From Zygophlyctis sp. KS116 (lineage: Eukaryota > Fungi > Chytridiomycota): 32,000 nucleotides of DNA. Position numbers and translations under genes: made by a program. The stretch lies in assembly GCA_054661495.1 (NCBI GenBank), contig BAAFSQ010000101.1, positions 1,023 to 33,022 of the forward strand. Reading direction: 5' to 3'. The notes under the pieces were generated by a model. The model ran no database searches, was not told where the DNA came from, and saw nothing but the letters and a program-made list of their open reading frames with translations. Shown here piece after piece: positions 9,951-23,800 of this stretch; positions within the stretch are counted from its first letter, which is position 1; each line of letters starts with the position of its first letter.

Positions 9951-10698
9951 CCCAAGCAATCTTCTTTCTTGCTTTAGGCTGACCAGTCTTTTTCCTTTCC
10001 ACTTGACGGGTATCTGGCTTTAAAAGTCCAGACTCTTTTAAAATAGATTCTAAATTTGGTTCATGAAGTATTAGACCTCTAGCAATTCCTAATCCAACAG
10101 CACCTGCTTGACTAGACTTTCCTCCTCCATTTACTATAGCCCAAATATTAAATTTCCCCCATACATCTACTGTATCCAATGCCTTTACAGTCTGAACTCT
10201 TTCTGAATCATTTTGAAAATAGTCTGATAAATGCTCTCCATTGACCATAATTTCCCCTTTTCCTGGAATCAAATACACCTGTGCTTTTGAAGTTTTTCTA
10301 GAAGCTAGAGAGACTGATCTACCATATTCATCTAATTTTGGATATTCTACGACTGGTCTCTTAAAAAAAGAGTCTGGTTTCATGTATTTTTCTAAAAAAG
10401 TCTGTAATTCTTCTCCTTCATGTTCAGAAAACAAGTGTTTTCTAGAATAAACAAGATCTAATTTTCCCCTTAATTCTAAATATTCCCTTTCAGATGTTTT
10501 TATCGATAGTCTATCCAAGAATTCTCGGTCATTCATCCATCTAACCTTGGGTTTCTCTATTGGAGCAGTTATAGGTTCAATATCCTGAATTTTCTCGATA
10601 TACCGATTCAATGTCAACAATGCATCAAAATAGTATGGATTCCCAGTAAAATATGCAGGATGGGACTGTAAATGGGAGATTGTGGAGAGTTTTCTCAT
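9940..10698 (-). CDS. MRPS9: Mitochondrial ribosomal protein uS9m
   Basis: SRKTSKAQVYLIPGKGEIMVNG, VNGGGKSSQAGA, DTRQVERKKTGQPKARKKIAWVKR, and the fungal N-terminal YFTGNPYY motif. Confidence 0.95.
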   Translation of the reverse strand: MRKLSTISHLQSHPAYFTGNPYYFDALLTLNRYIEKIQDIEPITAPIEKPKVRWMNDREFLDRLSIKTSEREYLELRGKLDLVYSRKHLFSEHEGEELQTFLEKYMKPDSFFKRPVVEYPKLDEYGRSVSLASRKTSKAQVYLIPGKGEIMVNGEHLSDYFQNDSERVQTVKALDTVDVWGKFNIWAIVNGGGKSSQAGAVGLGIARGLILHEPNLESILKESGLLKPDTRQVERKKTGQPKARKKIAWVKR

Positions 10699-10718
10699 TT
10701 TCTTGAGGGTTTAATTCG

Positions 10719-10800
10719 AATAAAATCTAATAAAATCTAATAAAATCTAATATTAAAGCAGAAATTAAACCATAAATTATAGCATAAATTAAACCGTAAA
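10719..10800. repeat. Short tandem repeats in the divergent uS9m/DUF1640 promoter
   Basis: TAAAATCTAA x3 at 10721-10750, and AAATTAAACCRTAAA at 10762-10776 and 10786-10800. Confidence 0.85.
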
Positions 10801-10806
10801 ACATTT

Positions 10807-11476
10807 ATGATTCGTCACTTTTCCACCTTTGACACTTATAGAATTGTACGATCACTGGAAAGATCTGGCCTTTCTCGTCGTAAATCAGTAGCAATTATGC
10901 TTGTTATGGACAATATTCTAAAATCTCACATTGAAAATATCTCAAATTCTACTTTACAAAGATCTGAATTAGAAAATCAGAATTATTCTTACAAGGCTTC
11001 TCTATCTAAACAGAGAGATGAATTATCTTCTCTTAGACTAAAAGAGTCTGCAACTTTAAAATCTGAGAATGAATCTCTTGTAAAAGAATTGGAAAGATTA
11101 AATTCAAAATTTAATGAATTAAACTCTTCACTAAAATCAGAAATCAATTTAGACTTGAATAATCATAAATCAGAAAATAGGGAAATTGGAACAGAAATTC
11201 ATCTTGAAACTTCTCAAGTGATTCATAAATTACTAGTAAAGGTATCAGTCTTGAAAATGAATATGGAAACAGTAAAGGTGAATCTTACTAGAGATATTGT
11301 ATGTAAGTGTTTTTTTATTAAAATTAAAATGATATAATTCTGATTTAATATTAGAATTATATCATTTTATATAAATTTCTGACGTTTTAGGGAATTGTTT
11401 TGGATTTTTAATTGGAATCTTGACTCTAGATTTTTTTATTCCAAAAACTGTTAATAAAAATGACACAATTGATTAG
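10807..11476 (+). CDS. DUF1640 / CCDC90-MCUR1-Fmp32-like mitochondrial coiled-coil membrane protein
   Basis: FDTYRIVRSLERSGLSRRKSVAIM head followed by a coiled coil. An 88-nt intron (11303-11390) leads to a transmembrane exon, WNCFGFLIGILTLDFFIP. TAG at 11474-11476. Confidence 0.82.
11325..11369 (+). repeat. Intronic inverted repeat (20-bp hairpin)
   Basis: TAAAATGATATAATTCT-GAT, loop TTAAT, ATT-AGAATTATATCATTTTA. This gives 17 perfect base pairs plus 3 more (one G-U). Confidence 0.9.
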
Positions 11477-13592
11477 AGACTTGAATGTAGAGTCTTTAAA
11501 AGTATTATCAGAGATTTATGAGACTCAAGATTCTTTTAAATCTAGAAATTTAACTCTAGAAATTCAAAATAAGATGAATAAATTAAGTCAACGGATTAAT
11601 AGAGGGAATTCTCAAGTTAAAATGGTAATTTATTTTTTACAATTTTTTAGAGTTGTGATTCTATTGATCAAGATTTAAATATTTTTCAAGATACATTTAA
11701 TAAAGTATCAGAGAAATTGGACAATTCAAGGTCAAGTACAGAAACAGTTTTAGGAATTTCGCGTCAATTAAAGTCAAAGAGGTTTATATTAAATAATTTA
11801 CTATTAGGGATGCATGCACGCAGGAATTGGAAATGATTTCAATGTTTGTACAGTCATTTACACTCTCAAAAGATGAAATTGATACTCTAACGAAAAATCC
11901 AAAAATGGATTCAGACTTTTTTAAGATTTTAGAGAAATTAAGTAGAGTCAATCAGAATACAAGGACATATTTAATGGATGTTAATCCAGAACTAGGGTAT
12001 TTTAAAGTTTTTTTAAAATTGAAAAAGGCAAGAATGTTTGGATATATTGTCTCCAGTTCATGATTTTGCTTTTAGCAAGGTTTATTCTTGGACTCAATCT
12101 CAAATTCTTTCTGTTCGTGTAGATTCCCCAGAAATTCCCAAAGGTTTAGTTGAAGGTGTTAGGGCTTTAAGATCTAGACCGGTTCTTTTTCAGTATGTAA
12201 AAGATGATTAAACTTAGATCAATTTTAGATGAAATTGTGAGTCTGCGTAAGAATGTTGTACAAAGAGCATTTATAGAGGCTCTGACTCAAGGTGGGCCTG
12301 GTGGGGTTCCAAGGCCTATAGATATGTATGCACATGATCCTTTACGTTATATTGGAGATATATTGGCTTGGGTGCATCAGTCGAGTGCTAGTGAGAAAGA
12401 AATGATTGAATCACTTTTTGGGAATAGTACTTTGAATGTGGATAGTGAAGAAATATTTAAAGATTTACCAGATTTTGATTTAGATACGGTGTCGGTGTCA
12501 AGTTTGTTACAGAGACATTTTGAAGGGATTTGTAGGCCATTGAAGACGCGAATTGATCATTTATTAGAATCTCAATCTAGTCCAATCTTATTATACCGTA
12601 TGGCAAATTTGATTCAATTTTATGGGCAGACAATCTCTAAAATTTCTGGGGATAAGGCTCCGATTTCTATACAAATTGAAGAGTAACAATCACATAATTT
12701 TAATAATAGGCTCGCGAATATTGCGTTTAAAGTCTTCTTTGATAGATTAAATACTCAAGCGTCTCAACTGGTGAGCGTTTCGGATGTATTTTTTTAAAGT
12801 TAATTTTTAGGTTCCTTCTGGTGATTTACTACCGCTAGCTGCCCATCAAGCCTCTCTTGAACAATTGGTAAAATCTTATTTGGCTAATTTTTAGAAAGAT
12901 ATTCTTCTCTCTCATGAAACTTCACTTTCTTTGACTAGCCAACCTGTTCTGGATAGTTCAAAGATTGTTGTAGCAGTCTTGGATCCCTTGAAGCAGTCTT
13001 TTAACATTATTTCGGAAAAATTGAAAAATCCACTAGAAAAATCAATATTTCTAGTCAACTGCTATAATCTTATTTTGGTAATTTATTTCTTTGCTTATTT
13101 AAAAGACTACAATGAGTATGTTTTCATTTACTATTGGGCATACCGATGACATGCAGGCATTATTGGACTTGCAAACAGAAACTTTGGTAGAAGAACAGGT
13201 TTTATCATTTAAACTAAATGTAGTATACAAATATTTTAAAACAATCTGGATTGGCTGCGCTATTACAGAGTGTTGAGAAAAACAAGAAATCAAATGTATT
13301 ATTTTTTCGATTGAAAATTTAGATACCTCTAGCTCAAGATGAAAAAACTAATCGTACCATGGTAATTCGATCAATGTCTTTTTTAGATAATTTTTTATCA
13401 TCAATTAGCTCGGATATTAGTCTGCAACTTTCTCGAATAACTTCTGCTAAATTACTAAAGACAGTCATGAAGCGTGGATTTGTTAGATTTTTGGAAGTTT
13501 ACAAGAGATTGTCACTGGATTTAACAGAAGAGTATGGTGATTCTATAGAACTTAGGACTCCCCAAGAGGTTGAGACGCTCTTGTCACTCTAG
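11460..13592 (+). CDS. COG6: Conserved oligomeric Golgi complex subunit 6
   Basis: AFIEALTQGGPGGVPRPIDMYAHDPLRYIGDILAWVHQSSASEKE and the C-terminal RTPQEVETLL. Ten introns of 25-31 nt: 11625-50, 11782-807, 11997-12027, 12193-217, 12683-709, 12786-810, 12868-94, 13078-105, 13199-223 and 13296-322. Confidence 0.92.
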
Positions 13593-13627
13593 GATCAAGT
13601 TTAGGCGAGTTAAAATCTGCTTGTGAT

Positions 13628-14854
13628 ATGAGAAACAAAACTAGTAAAGAGAGCAAGATTGAATGCAGATTTGATCCACCACTTTGGATCCAAAGGCGAG
13701 CATTTGTTGCCAAGTTTCTTGTAGAAAATGCAGTTGAATCGGTCTTTGATTTTGGTTGTGGCGATGGATCTCTAATTCAAGTTTTAATAAATAATTGTAA
13801 GTTCCTTAAATTGGGTGGAGTTGACATAAATGCTGAAGAAATTCAACTTGCGATTGAAAATTGTTCCCCGACAGAACAAGACTTTAAGGAAAAAAGAGAA
13901 TTGCCTTTAGATCTCAAGTTCTTTATGGGATCAATTGATTTACCAGACCATCAATGCAAAGATTGTGATGCGATCACAATGATTGAAGTGTAATCATTTT
14001 CTATGATAGAATAGGATTGAACATTTACCAGCAGATGTTTTGGATCGGTTTCCAAAGCTACTTTTCGGTATTTATAAACCAAAATTTGTTATAATTTCAA
14101 CTCCAAACTCAGAATTCAATATAAACTTTCCAAATCTAAACTATGGAACGCCAAAATCTACCTATAGACATTGGGATCATCAATTTGAGTGGACTAGACA
14201 GGAATTTCAAGATTGGTAATATTGTCTTTAAAGTTTACATTTAGGTCCTCAAAAGTCGCTCAGTCATATGAATATGATGTATCGTTCCATAATGTGGGCT
14301 ATTTTGTTAATAAGAATGGATCTGATGTTGGGGGCTGTACACAGGTAGCAATCTTTAAGCGATTAGTTGCAAACGATAAATCGGAAAGTGAAGAATTAGC
14401 AAATAGCTCTTATAAACTCATGTCTAGTATTGATTATCCATATTTTGAAGAATCTAATTTTACCGAAACGGATATTTTGGATGCAATTGTTGAACATGCA
14501 AAGGCAATATTCAAAAAAGAAATTCAATGGAGGCCAGAAATCTCTGCTGATTCTTTTAAGATTACTCTGAATGAGATTTGGAATATCTTGCGAGTTCGCC
14601 AAATGTGTAAAAGATTTGAAAATTTGGAGAGAATAGTTTCTAGTGACTCTGGTCTCAAGCTTTTTAATCGTATATCTGATAATATGCTGGAGTGTCTCTT
14701 CGAGATTCCATCAGTAGCTGTAAAATTACCACATCACAATCATGCAAAGGATCTACTTCCATTTGAGGAATTGTGTATTAACAAGTCGGAAGAGGGATCG
14801 TTTGACGGATGGGGGCAAGCCAAAAGTGACTTGATAGTCAAAAGCGGTTGGTAG
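13628..14854 (+). CDS. HEN1: Small RNA 3'-terminal 2'-O-methyltransferase
   Basis: FDPPLWIQRR (FxPP motif), VFDFGCGDG, IEV|IEHL, ISTPNSEFN and YRHWDHQFEWTRQEFQDW. Introns 13990-14014 and 14216-14244. Confidence 0.92.
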
Positions 14855-14901
14855 ATCATGCATAATTGTCGCAAAAATATATCTATAGTATTCCTAATTA
14901 T

Positions 14902-17379
14902 TTATTCACGAGCAGAACTCTTCTTCTTCTTTTTGGTTACTACAGTAAAGCTGGATTCATCTTTTCCAATGCTAGAATTTGATGTTTTCTCTTCCAATAG
15001 ACGGCGGCGGATATATTCCTCTCCAAACTTTCGTGTATCAATAGAAGGGATTCCCCCAAGAGTATCATCACAAATATTGGTGATAAAAGTTTGGTCATTC
15101 ACAGATATAGATTGCAAGATCGAGAAAAAATCATTAACTATACTCTGAATCATATAAAAACATACCGTTAACACCAGAGCTGGGAGGAATAGATTTTAAG
15201 GCAGAATAAAACCAATTAGTGAATGCAGGTGAAGCTTGGATCTTTGGTTTAGGAGCAGTTTTCACAGGAGCAAAGGCAGCAGACGGCTTGGCAGGTAATA
15301 CTATACCATGTTGTGGAGAAGCATTTGCAGTGGGTGAAGTTAAGAGAGGCGCAGCTGGTCTTTCAAGTTAGTTTATTCCGTATTCTTACCTTGATTCAGC
15401 CACAGGATGAACAACTTGACCACCTTTTCCAACAGTTTGCCATCCTGAAGAAATCACTTCTCTTGATGCAACAACATTCTTAATTTGATTTGAGGTTGGC
15501 CCGGTGTGAGGGCGAGGTGCTTTTATAAGGTTTCCAGCAGCTGGAGCATTGACCAGATCTGCATAACGCTTGGCTCCTCCAATCACTACATTGGGCTTCC
15601 CTTGAAAATCAATATTTTTTTTTTGTATATTCTCTTCTACCATAATTTCTGAAAATTTAAGAGCTGCAGGTTTTGAAACGTTTGATCCCCAAACATGACC
15701 TTCAGGTTTCGAAATATTGGCATTTTGAGCCTCAGCTTTCATGATCGCAGAAGCTTGGGCCAGAACGTGCTCATCCGCTTTTTTCTGACGTTCTTGTTCT
15801 ATTTGGAGTCGACGTATTTCTTCCTTATCCTGTATATCTTTCATCTTCATCTTTTCCGAAGGTCCCTGGCCTGAAGGCATTCCTCCAGCTTTTGCCCAAG
15901 GTGCCATAGTTGTACTAGCCTTTATAGGCGAGACTTCCTCTGATTTGATTGGTTTTTCACTTCTTTTTTTATCTGCAGTAACTGGTGAAAGTGGTTTTGG
16001 TTTTGGGGGCAGAGCCATGGGGTCCGCAACAGCCTTACTATTCTTGGTAGAAGGCGCAGGGTGAGATACAGGCGATACTTGTAATGCTTCCATCTTTTCC
16101 TCCAAGGGTAAAGATTGATTTTTTGCATAAACATCTACCTCTGGTCTAGATCCAATCGTAGAAGCTAACATTGATTCGGGTGCAATTGGTCTCTGGGGAG
16201 GGGCCACGGCACTTACCACAGGATTATTATGCCTGCTATCTTCCCATGTTGGCCTTACAGCGCTCAATGAAGGTATTCCCCATGATGTACCAGTATGATC
16301 AGGTTTGATAACATTGGAGACTGTAGAATTATTATTCCCAGTTTGTCCCATACCAAAACGAGCCTGATCTTGTTGCTGAGAACTTAAAACCATTGCAGCA
16401 ACCCTTCGCTCATATATTAACCTCGACATTGTATGAGATTCCTCCAATTCAGCTAAAAAGGGAACTTTAGATCCAAATCTTGAAATAAGAGCAGCAATTG
16501 AAATAAACCCAGGGTCTTCAACATGCTTGATAGGTAAATCTGGTGGAAAGAATCCTTCAGAGTACCAATCTTGCATTTGCTGCGAACTAAAAGGTCCTAT
16601 TATTCAATGTTAATTCAGCCTACCTTGCAAAATGCCTGATGGATCTCTATACATCCACGACTGTGGAGTGAAAGTAAATGGTGGAATTCTAGGCAATAGC
16701 GGAGCACCTCTAGAATACATATCTGTTCTAGGATCATGTAAGCCCAATGGTACTTCTTGAGTATTTTTCTGATTTGATAATTCAATCTGACCAATTCTTT
16801 GTTTAGGCTCTACTAAATCTTGAGGACTATTATTATGAAAAGCTTTTGTAGAAAAAGAATTTTGCACCGAATGATTATCCAAAATCTCACGATGATTCTT
16901 TTCAACCTCTTTTTCCAGTTTTCCACCATCAGATAATTTTTTCGAGGCGTCCTGAAAAACACCATCTGAACCGAAACCTCCAATCCCCATTGGCATATCC
17001 CATAAATCTTGGGCTGATCCATTCGGAGACAGGATTTCTTCTTCGGGAAATGATTTAACTTCTAAATAATCATTAAGTAATATTTACCTTTACGATTCGC
17101 TGGTTTTCTATTCTTATCATGATGCTGCCTCTGCTTAGTATCTGCATTAATATTTGCAGATGCGATCAACTTTTTCTCAACTTCTGACAATGGAAGATTA
17201 GCCATCGGCACTAGTGTTTCAACTGAACAAACAAATGGAACTTCTTGCAATGCCAAAGGGATTGGCAAGGGCGTTGAAAAGTAGGATAGTAATACTTCTT
17301 TAGAGTAGGAATATTGGGACTTTTCTGGAGCTTTTGCAGGCTGACCAGTCGTCTGAGCCCAAGTCAATTTCGATTCCAT
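14902..17379 (-). CDS. GYF-domain protein, GIGYF/Smy2 family
   Basis: GYF domain WMYRDPSGILQ|GPFSSQQMQDWYSEGFF, N-terminal YSYSKEVLL, and C-terminal AFTNW...DTRKFGEEYIRRR...FTVVTKKKKK. Introns 17062-87, 16597-623, 15360-89 and 15138-65. Confidence 0.88.
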
Positions 17380-17400
17380 TTTTTTTAGTAAACCTACACA

Positions 17401-18700
17401 CTAAAACACGCTGGCAAACTTGGCCTTGATTTCCTTTAGAGACTCTTCTTGTTCTTTTAAATTTTGTGGTACAATGTCATAAACATCAGTAAACATTAGA
17501 GAAAAGTGAGGTTTCTCTACCTTTTCAGCTTCCATAAATGCTTTAAGAACATCTGATCTTGTCCGAGACTTAAATTCCTTGTCCAGAGTTGCATTCCACC
17601 AGCCCTTTGATTCCAAATATTTATAAAAACGAGACATTGCAGTATCCTTTGTATAATTTGAGACTTCAGATTTAGATCTATATGCTGATGAATCATCAGA
17701 AGTGGAATGGTGACTCACTCTAATCATTTTTTAGGATAAAAATTTACCGATAAGTTAAAGCTTCAATTAGAATCGGACGTGGACCTTTTAATGCTCTTTT
17801 TCTAGCCTCTAGAGTTGCATTATAGATGGCCTTGGTATTCATTTACAAAAATACTTACTAAAACATCATTTCCATCAACTCTAATAGTTTCAATTCCATA
17901 CCCAGATCCACGAGAAGCAATACCATCACCCCTATACTGTTCTTTAGCAGGTGTAGATATAGCATAACCATTATTTCTACAAAAGAAAATAACAGGTGCT
18001 TCTGTAGTCGCAGAAAAATTTAAAGCTAAAATTAAAGGTTAAAATTACCTGCATGGAAATCACCTTCACTAGCTGCACCATCTCCAAAAAAGCAAATTAC
18101 AACTGCATCCGCTCCCTCTCTTTTCAGCGCATATGCAGACCCTGCAGCATGAGGCAATTGTGTTCCCAATGGAGAGGAAATTGTCTGAAAATTGAGTTTT
18201 TTTGAGCCATAATGAACAGGCATTTGTCTTCCTTTTCCCAAATCCTTGGAATTTGAATATACCTGATTCATAAATTGTTCAAGCGTAAATCCCCTATATA
18301 GCAAAACACCAGCTTCTCTATATTGACCATATACAACATCTTGCATTTTTAATGCTGCCGCAGTCCCCATATGCGTGGCTTCTTCTCCATAGCTGGTCAT
18401 ATAGAAAGAAATACGTCCTTGACGTTGGGCATCGTACAATATACTATCCATGGCATTCAGAGTAAGCATACTTTCATACATTTTTAACGCTGTTTCTTTT
18501 GTCCAGTCTGGTTCTTCTTTTGAATTTAGCAATGATCCGGTGGAATCTAAAACTCGATACGTTGGCATAATTGAATCGTTTTTCGTAAACTGCAACTTTG
18601 TTGTATATTTCCCTCCGGAAGCTCCTGGAAAATGGACTTTATCAGCATGAAGAAGGATGCGAGAATTAGAAAACTGTCTTAACAGCGGACGAATCATCAT
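17401..18700 (-). CDS. BCKDHA: Branched-chain 2-oxoacid dehydrogenase E1 alpha
   Basis: [41 protein letters not shown] and [16 protein letters not shown]. Introns 18026-48 (23 nt), 17831-58 and 17720-47. Confidence 0.96.
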
Positions 18701-18741
18701 TTTTACAAGTCAAAAAAATTTGCAAGTTTTGGCGTTCAAGA

Positions 18742-20450
<1,709 letters not shown>

Positions 20451-20546
20451 TAAATTCGATGATTGCGTTGCCGACAAAAACTCAAAGTTTAAAATCCAGA
20501 AAAATCCGGTTTCCGAATTCCGGAACCAAAAAAATCTAAAATTGTT

Positions 20547-20804
20547 TTATTCCTGCTTCTTCTCCACGTCATCACCTTCCATGAATGCTAGTAATATGTA
20601 ACAGAATAATACAATATTTGCTGAAACTGCTGCAGAGATTCCAGAAATTGTAGAGGAATAAGATAAAATGTAGTACAAGAGATAGTATGTTCCCAGAGGG
20701 GCAATTACCATTAGTAGACTGAAAACTAGGAGTTTTATAATGACTGATCTAGGAACTTGGGCCCGATCTACAGCTTCAGAACTTTGTTCATTGGAATTTC
20801 CCAT
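20547..20804 (-). CDS. VMA21: V-ATPase assembly factor Vma21
   Basis: VIIKLLVFSLLMVIAPLGTYY, SGISAAVSANIVLFCYILLAFME, two transmembrane helices and a C-terminal KKQE dilysine signal. Confidence 0.9.
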   Translation of the reverse strand: MGNSNEQSSEAVDRAQVPRSVIIKLLVFSLLMVIAPLGTYYLLYYILSYSSTISGISAAVSANIVLFCYILLAFMEGDDVEKKQE

Positions 20805-20840
20805 TTTTAAAAAGTGTTAGGCGGTTCAAATAAAAATATT

Positions 20841-23800
20841 CTATTTCTTTGCTTTATGACTAGATTTTAATAATTTCTTGAATTCATTCTTAAAGACAGA
20901 TGTCTTCTTTCTGTTTCCTACAATCTTTCCAGAGAGTGGGATGTATGCATGAGGATCAGCCATTCCTTTTCGTTTAACATCACCTCCAGCCTTCTTTGAT
21001 GCATACTTTTCTCCAAGCTTTTGAGAAGACTTGGTAATAGTCTTTTTGGAATGATTCTTTTTGCGCCAATCAGATCCAGATTTACCAGATTCTTCAGTCT
21101 TTGCCTTCTTGTTTCCCTTATCCAAAAACTTTATACGGCCTCCAGGTGTTCTTATAAATGATCCTTCACCAGTAAGAGTTTGTTTGTAATAGTCTTCAGA
21201 CTCTTTAGGTTTGTTTTCTTCTTGTTCATCTGGTTCACATAGTACTAGACGGCCATACTCATTAGTCATGAAATCCTCTTCTTGACGAGATCTCTTTTTG
21301 GGATTTTTAGATGATACACTAGAAATTTTAGAGCTAAGTTTAGCAGAATCTAAAAAGTCTAAAACATCATCTTGATCTTCAAGTAAAGTTGCAGCAGTAG
21401 TGGCTTTGGTCTTGGTTTCATCTTTATATCTATCAGGAATATATTTTTCATCTTTTTCGGATTCAATATCAGAGTCACTGTTGTACATTGTGTCTTCAAA
21501 GGTCTTGTTGGACAATGTCTTTGGCTAATTTTAAGAAAATAAAAAATTACCGAAACTTCTTGATCAGAATCATCCTCGCCTCCTTCCAAGGATTTTTCAA
21601 TCTTTTTCTTTTTTGAACGTTCCTTCCTTTTCTTAATGTTAGTGATCAATTTTTGATCTGCTTCTGGGATGAATTCTTCAATGTCAGAGTAACCAAATTT
21701 CCGAATGAGTCGTTCCAAAATGTGTCTAATTTTAGACTTGAAGTGTGATTTTTCATTTTTGGCATGATTCATTATTCCTCCAACCTAAAGTTATTAAGTA
21801 TTTCTACTCTTACAATATCTTTGAGATATGATTTCAAGATGGGCTGAGAAACCGATGCAATTAAAACTTTAACAAATCCTAGCAAGGATTTCAAGACTTC
21901 CCTACTCTTATTCGTTAACATTGCACATATGGCTTGAATGATACTTTCAATAAATGATTCTTCAAGAAAAGTATGAAATTCGAAAAATAAACGTGACAAA
22001 CTACCAATAGCAGCGCTTTGCAAATGTGGTGTACTTGCATCCAGCCCAGCAGAAACCATTGTAAAGAACTCTGTTATGCCATTTGCCGAAGAAATACCAA
22101 GTGGTAGCATATCGTTTTCTTCCGCCATTTTATCCTCATTTTCCAAAGCATTCATAAGCTGATCTGAGTCTTTGGGCAAGTTCTCAAGTTTGCTTTCCAT
22201 CATCTTTTGTCCCATAGCTACCAGACATTCATAAGCAGCATGTCTAGCCTTTTCACTAGCCTCTTTAGTGGCAAGCATTACTTCAGATAGACACATTGGG
22301 ATCCATTTCAGCAGCCAGTCACTTTCCAAACTGCCAACCTTTTCAGTAAGACGAGTAATACACAGAATTCGCGCTCTCTTTGACCCAGATGTAATACTTG
22401 TAATCACATTAGCATCCAACAACTTAGCCGATAGTCCATTTAAAGTGTTTCGATCTAAAGGGATATAATCCAATAGAGTAACAAGAGACTTGTATGCTTT
22501 TTTCTGAACAGTTGAATCCTTTTCTTGTAACAAGCCAACTATCAATTGAAAATAATCGTCAAAAGGTGAAACGTCATCTGAAGGTAAATGTCTCAAAAGC
22601 AATAAGAGCAATTCCAGAACCGCATATGATCTAAGTTTTTCCAACTGAGCTTCTGGTGACAAAACAGTTTCTGAAGATTTTAAAGCATGGAGTTGGGCCT
22701 GAGTATTTCTTAACAGATCTAGCATAGTTGTAAAGTATGTTTTCACATCCTTCTTTTCAGCAATTCCTAAGAAAACAGAGATAGTCTTTTCGATATACTG
22801 AGTTTGACTTTCATGCAAATTTTGTAAAGCGACACCTTTTGTAGGATTTTCCAAAATTTCAGCTGGAACAGTAGTAAATAAATTACAAAGAGTACTTAAA
22901 AACTGATTAGTATACTCTTTAGCCTTTAATATTCCATTAGCAGCATGGTTTAGTTCATCAGTTTCCTCTTCTCCTAATTCTTCTACTAATTCAACATATC
23001 CCTTTATTAATTTCTGCAATGTATCACAAGCAAGCGGCCTAAAGTCTGGATGTGAAGGAAGATTGGGATAGAGCATCTTTGGATCTGATTGCAAAATGTG
23101 GCCTAAAGCTGGGACCAACATTTCTAGACCGATTTCAAAATCTAAAGGTCTAGTTTTTGCTATTAAGGGCATTAAATTCATTGCCTGTAGTCCCAATGTT
23201 TCATAAAGTTTAGATTCAAGCTCCTTTCCTTCTAAAATCAAAGCCTCTGATTTCTCAAAAAGCTTTCTAGATAGCTGAAATAGATTTTCATAGAAAAACT
23301 TTAGAGAATGCTTTCCAAAAAACGAGAATGGAACCCAAGGTGATTCCAGCTGAGATCCTTTTAGTGCTTTTTCCAAAGTAGCCAACAAGTAGGGCCTAGT
23401 TGCTTCTCCTTGAATTTCTTGTTCAATGTTTAATGGAATATTTGACAGCACAAAGTCTATTCCCAAATTCTGAATCGCTGAGATAATGCAAGCCTCTAAT
23501 TGATCCTTAAATGGAAAATCCTTATATTGATTATCGTCCCTAAAGTCAAAAAGTTTTACTAAAAGGCCTTGACAAATCTCTGGTGCTTCAACCCCCAACC
23601 TTACAAATACAGATTGACAAATCATTAAAATATTTCCCCAAGATTCACGACAATGCAGTGATCCTAAACTATTCAAAACAGTCTTTAAAATTATTTCTAG
23701 CTCAGAATTTTTCAATCCTTGTAGTCCTTCTTTCACCATGGGTGTAGAGACGGCATGAATAATCAAATTTCCTAAAACTGAAGCAGTGATTTGTTTAATA

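Noticed and set aside
11328-11382. Intronic C/D-box snoRNA (ATGATA...CTGA...CTGA)
   Set aside because: The box C match is poor and buried in the long stem, and I could not identify an rRNA guide. It is not fully excluded without a snoRNA search.
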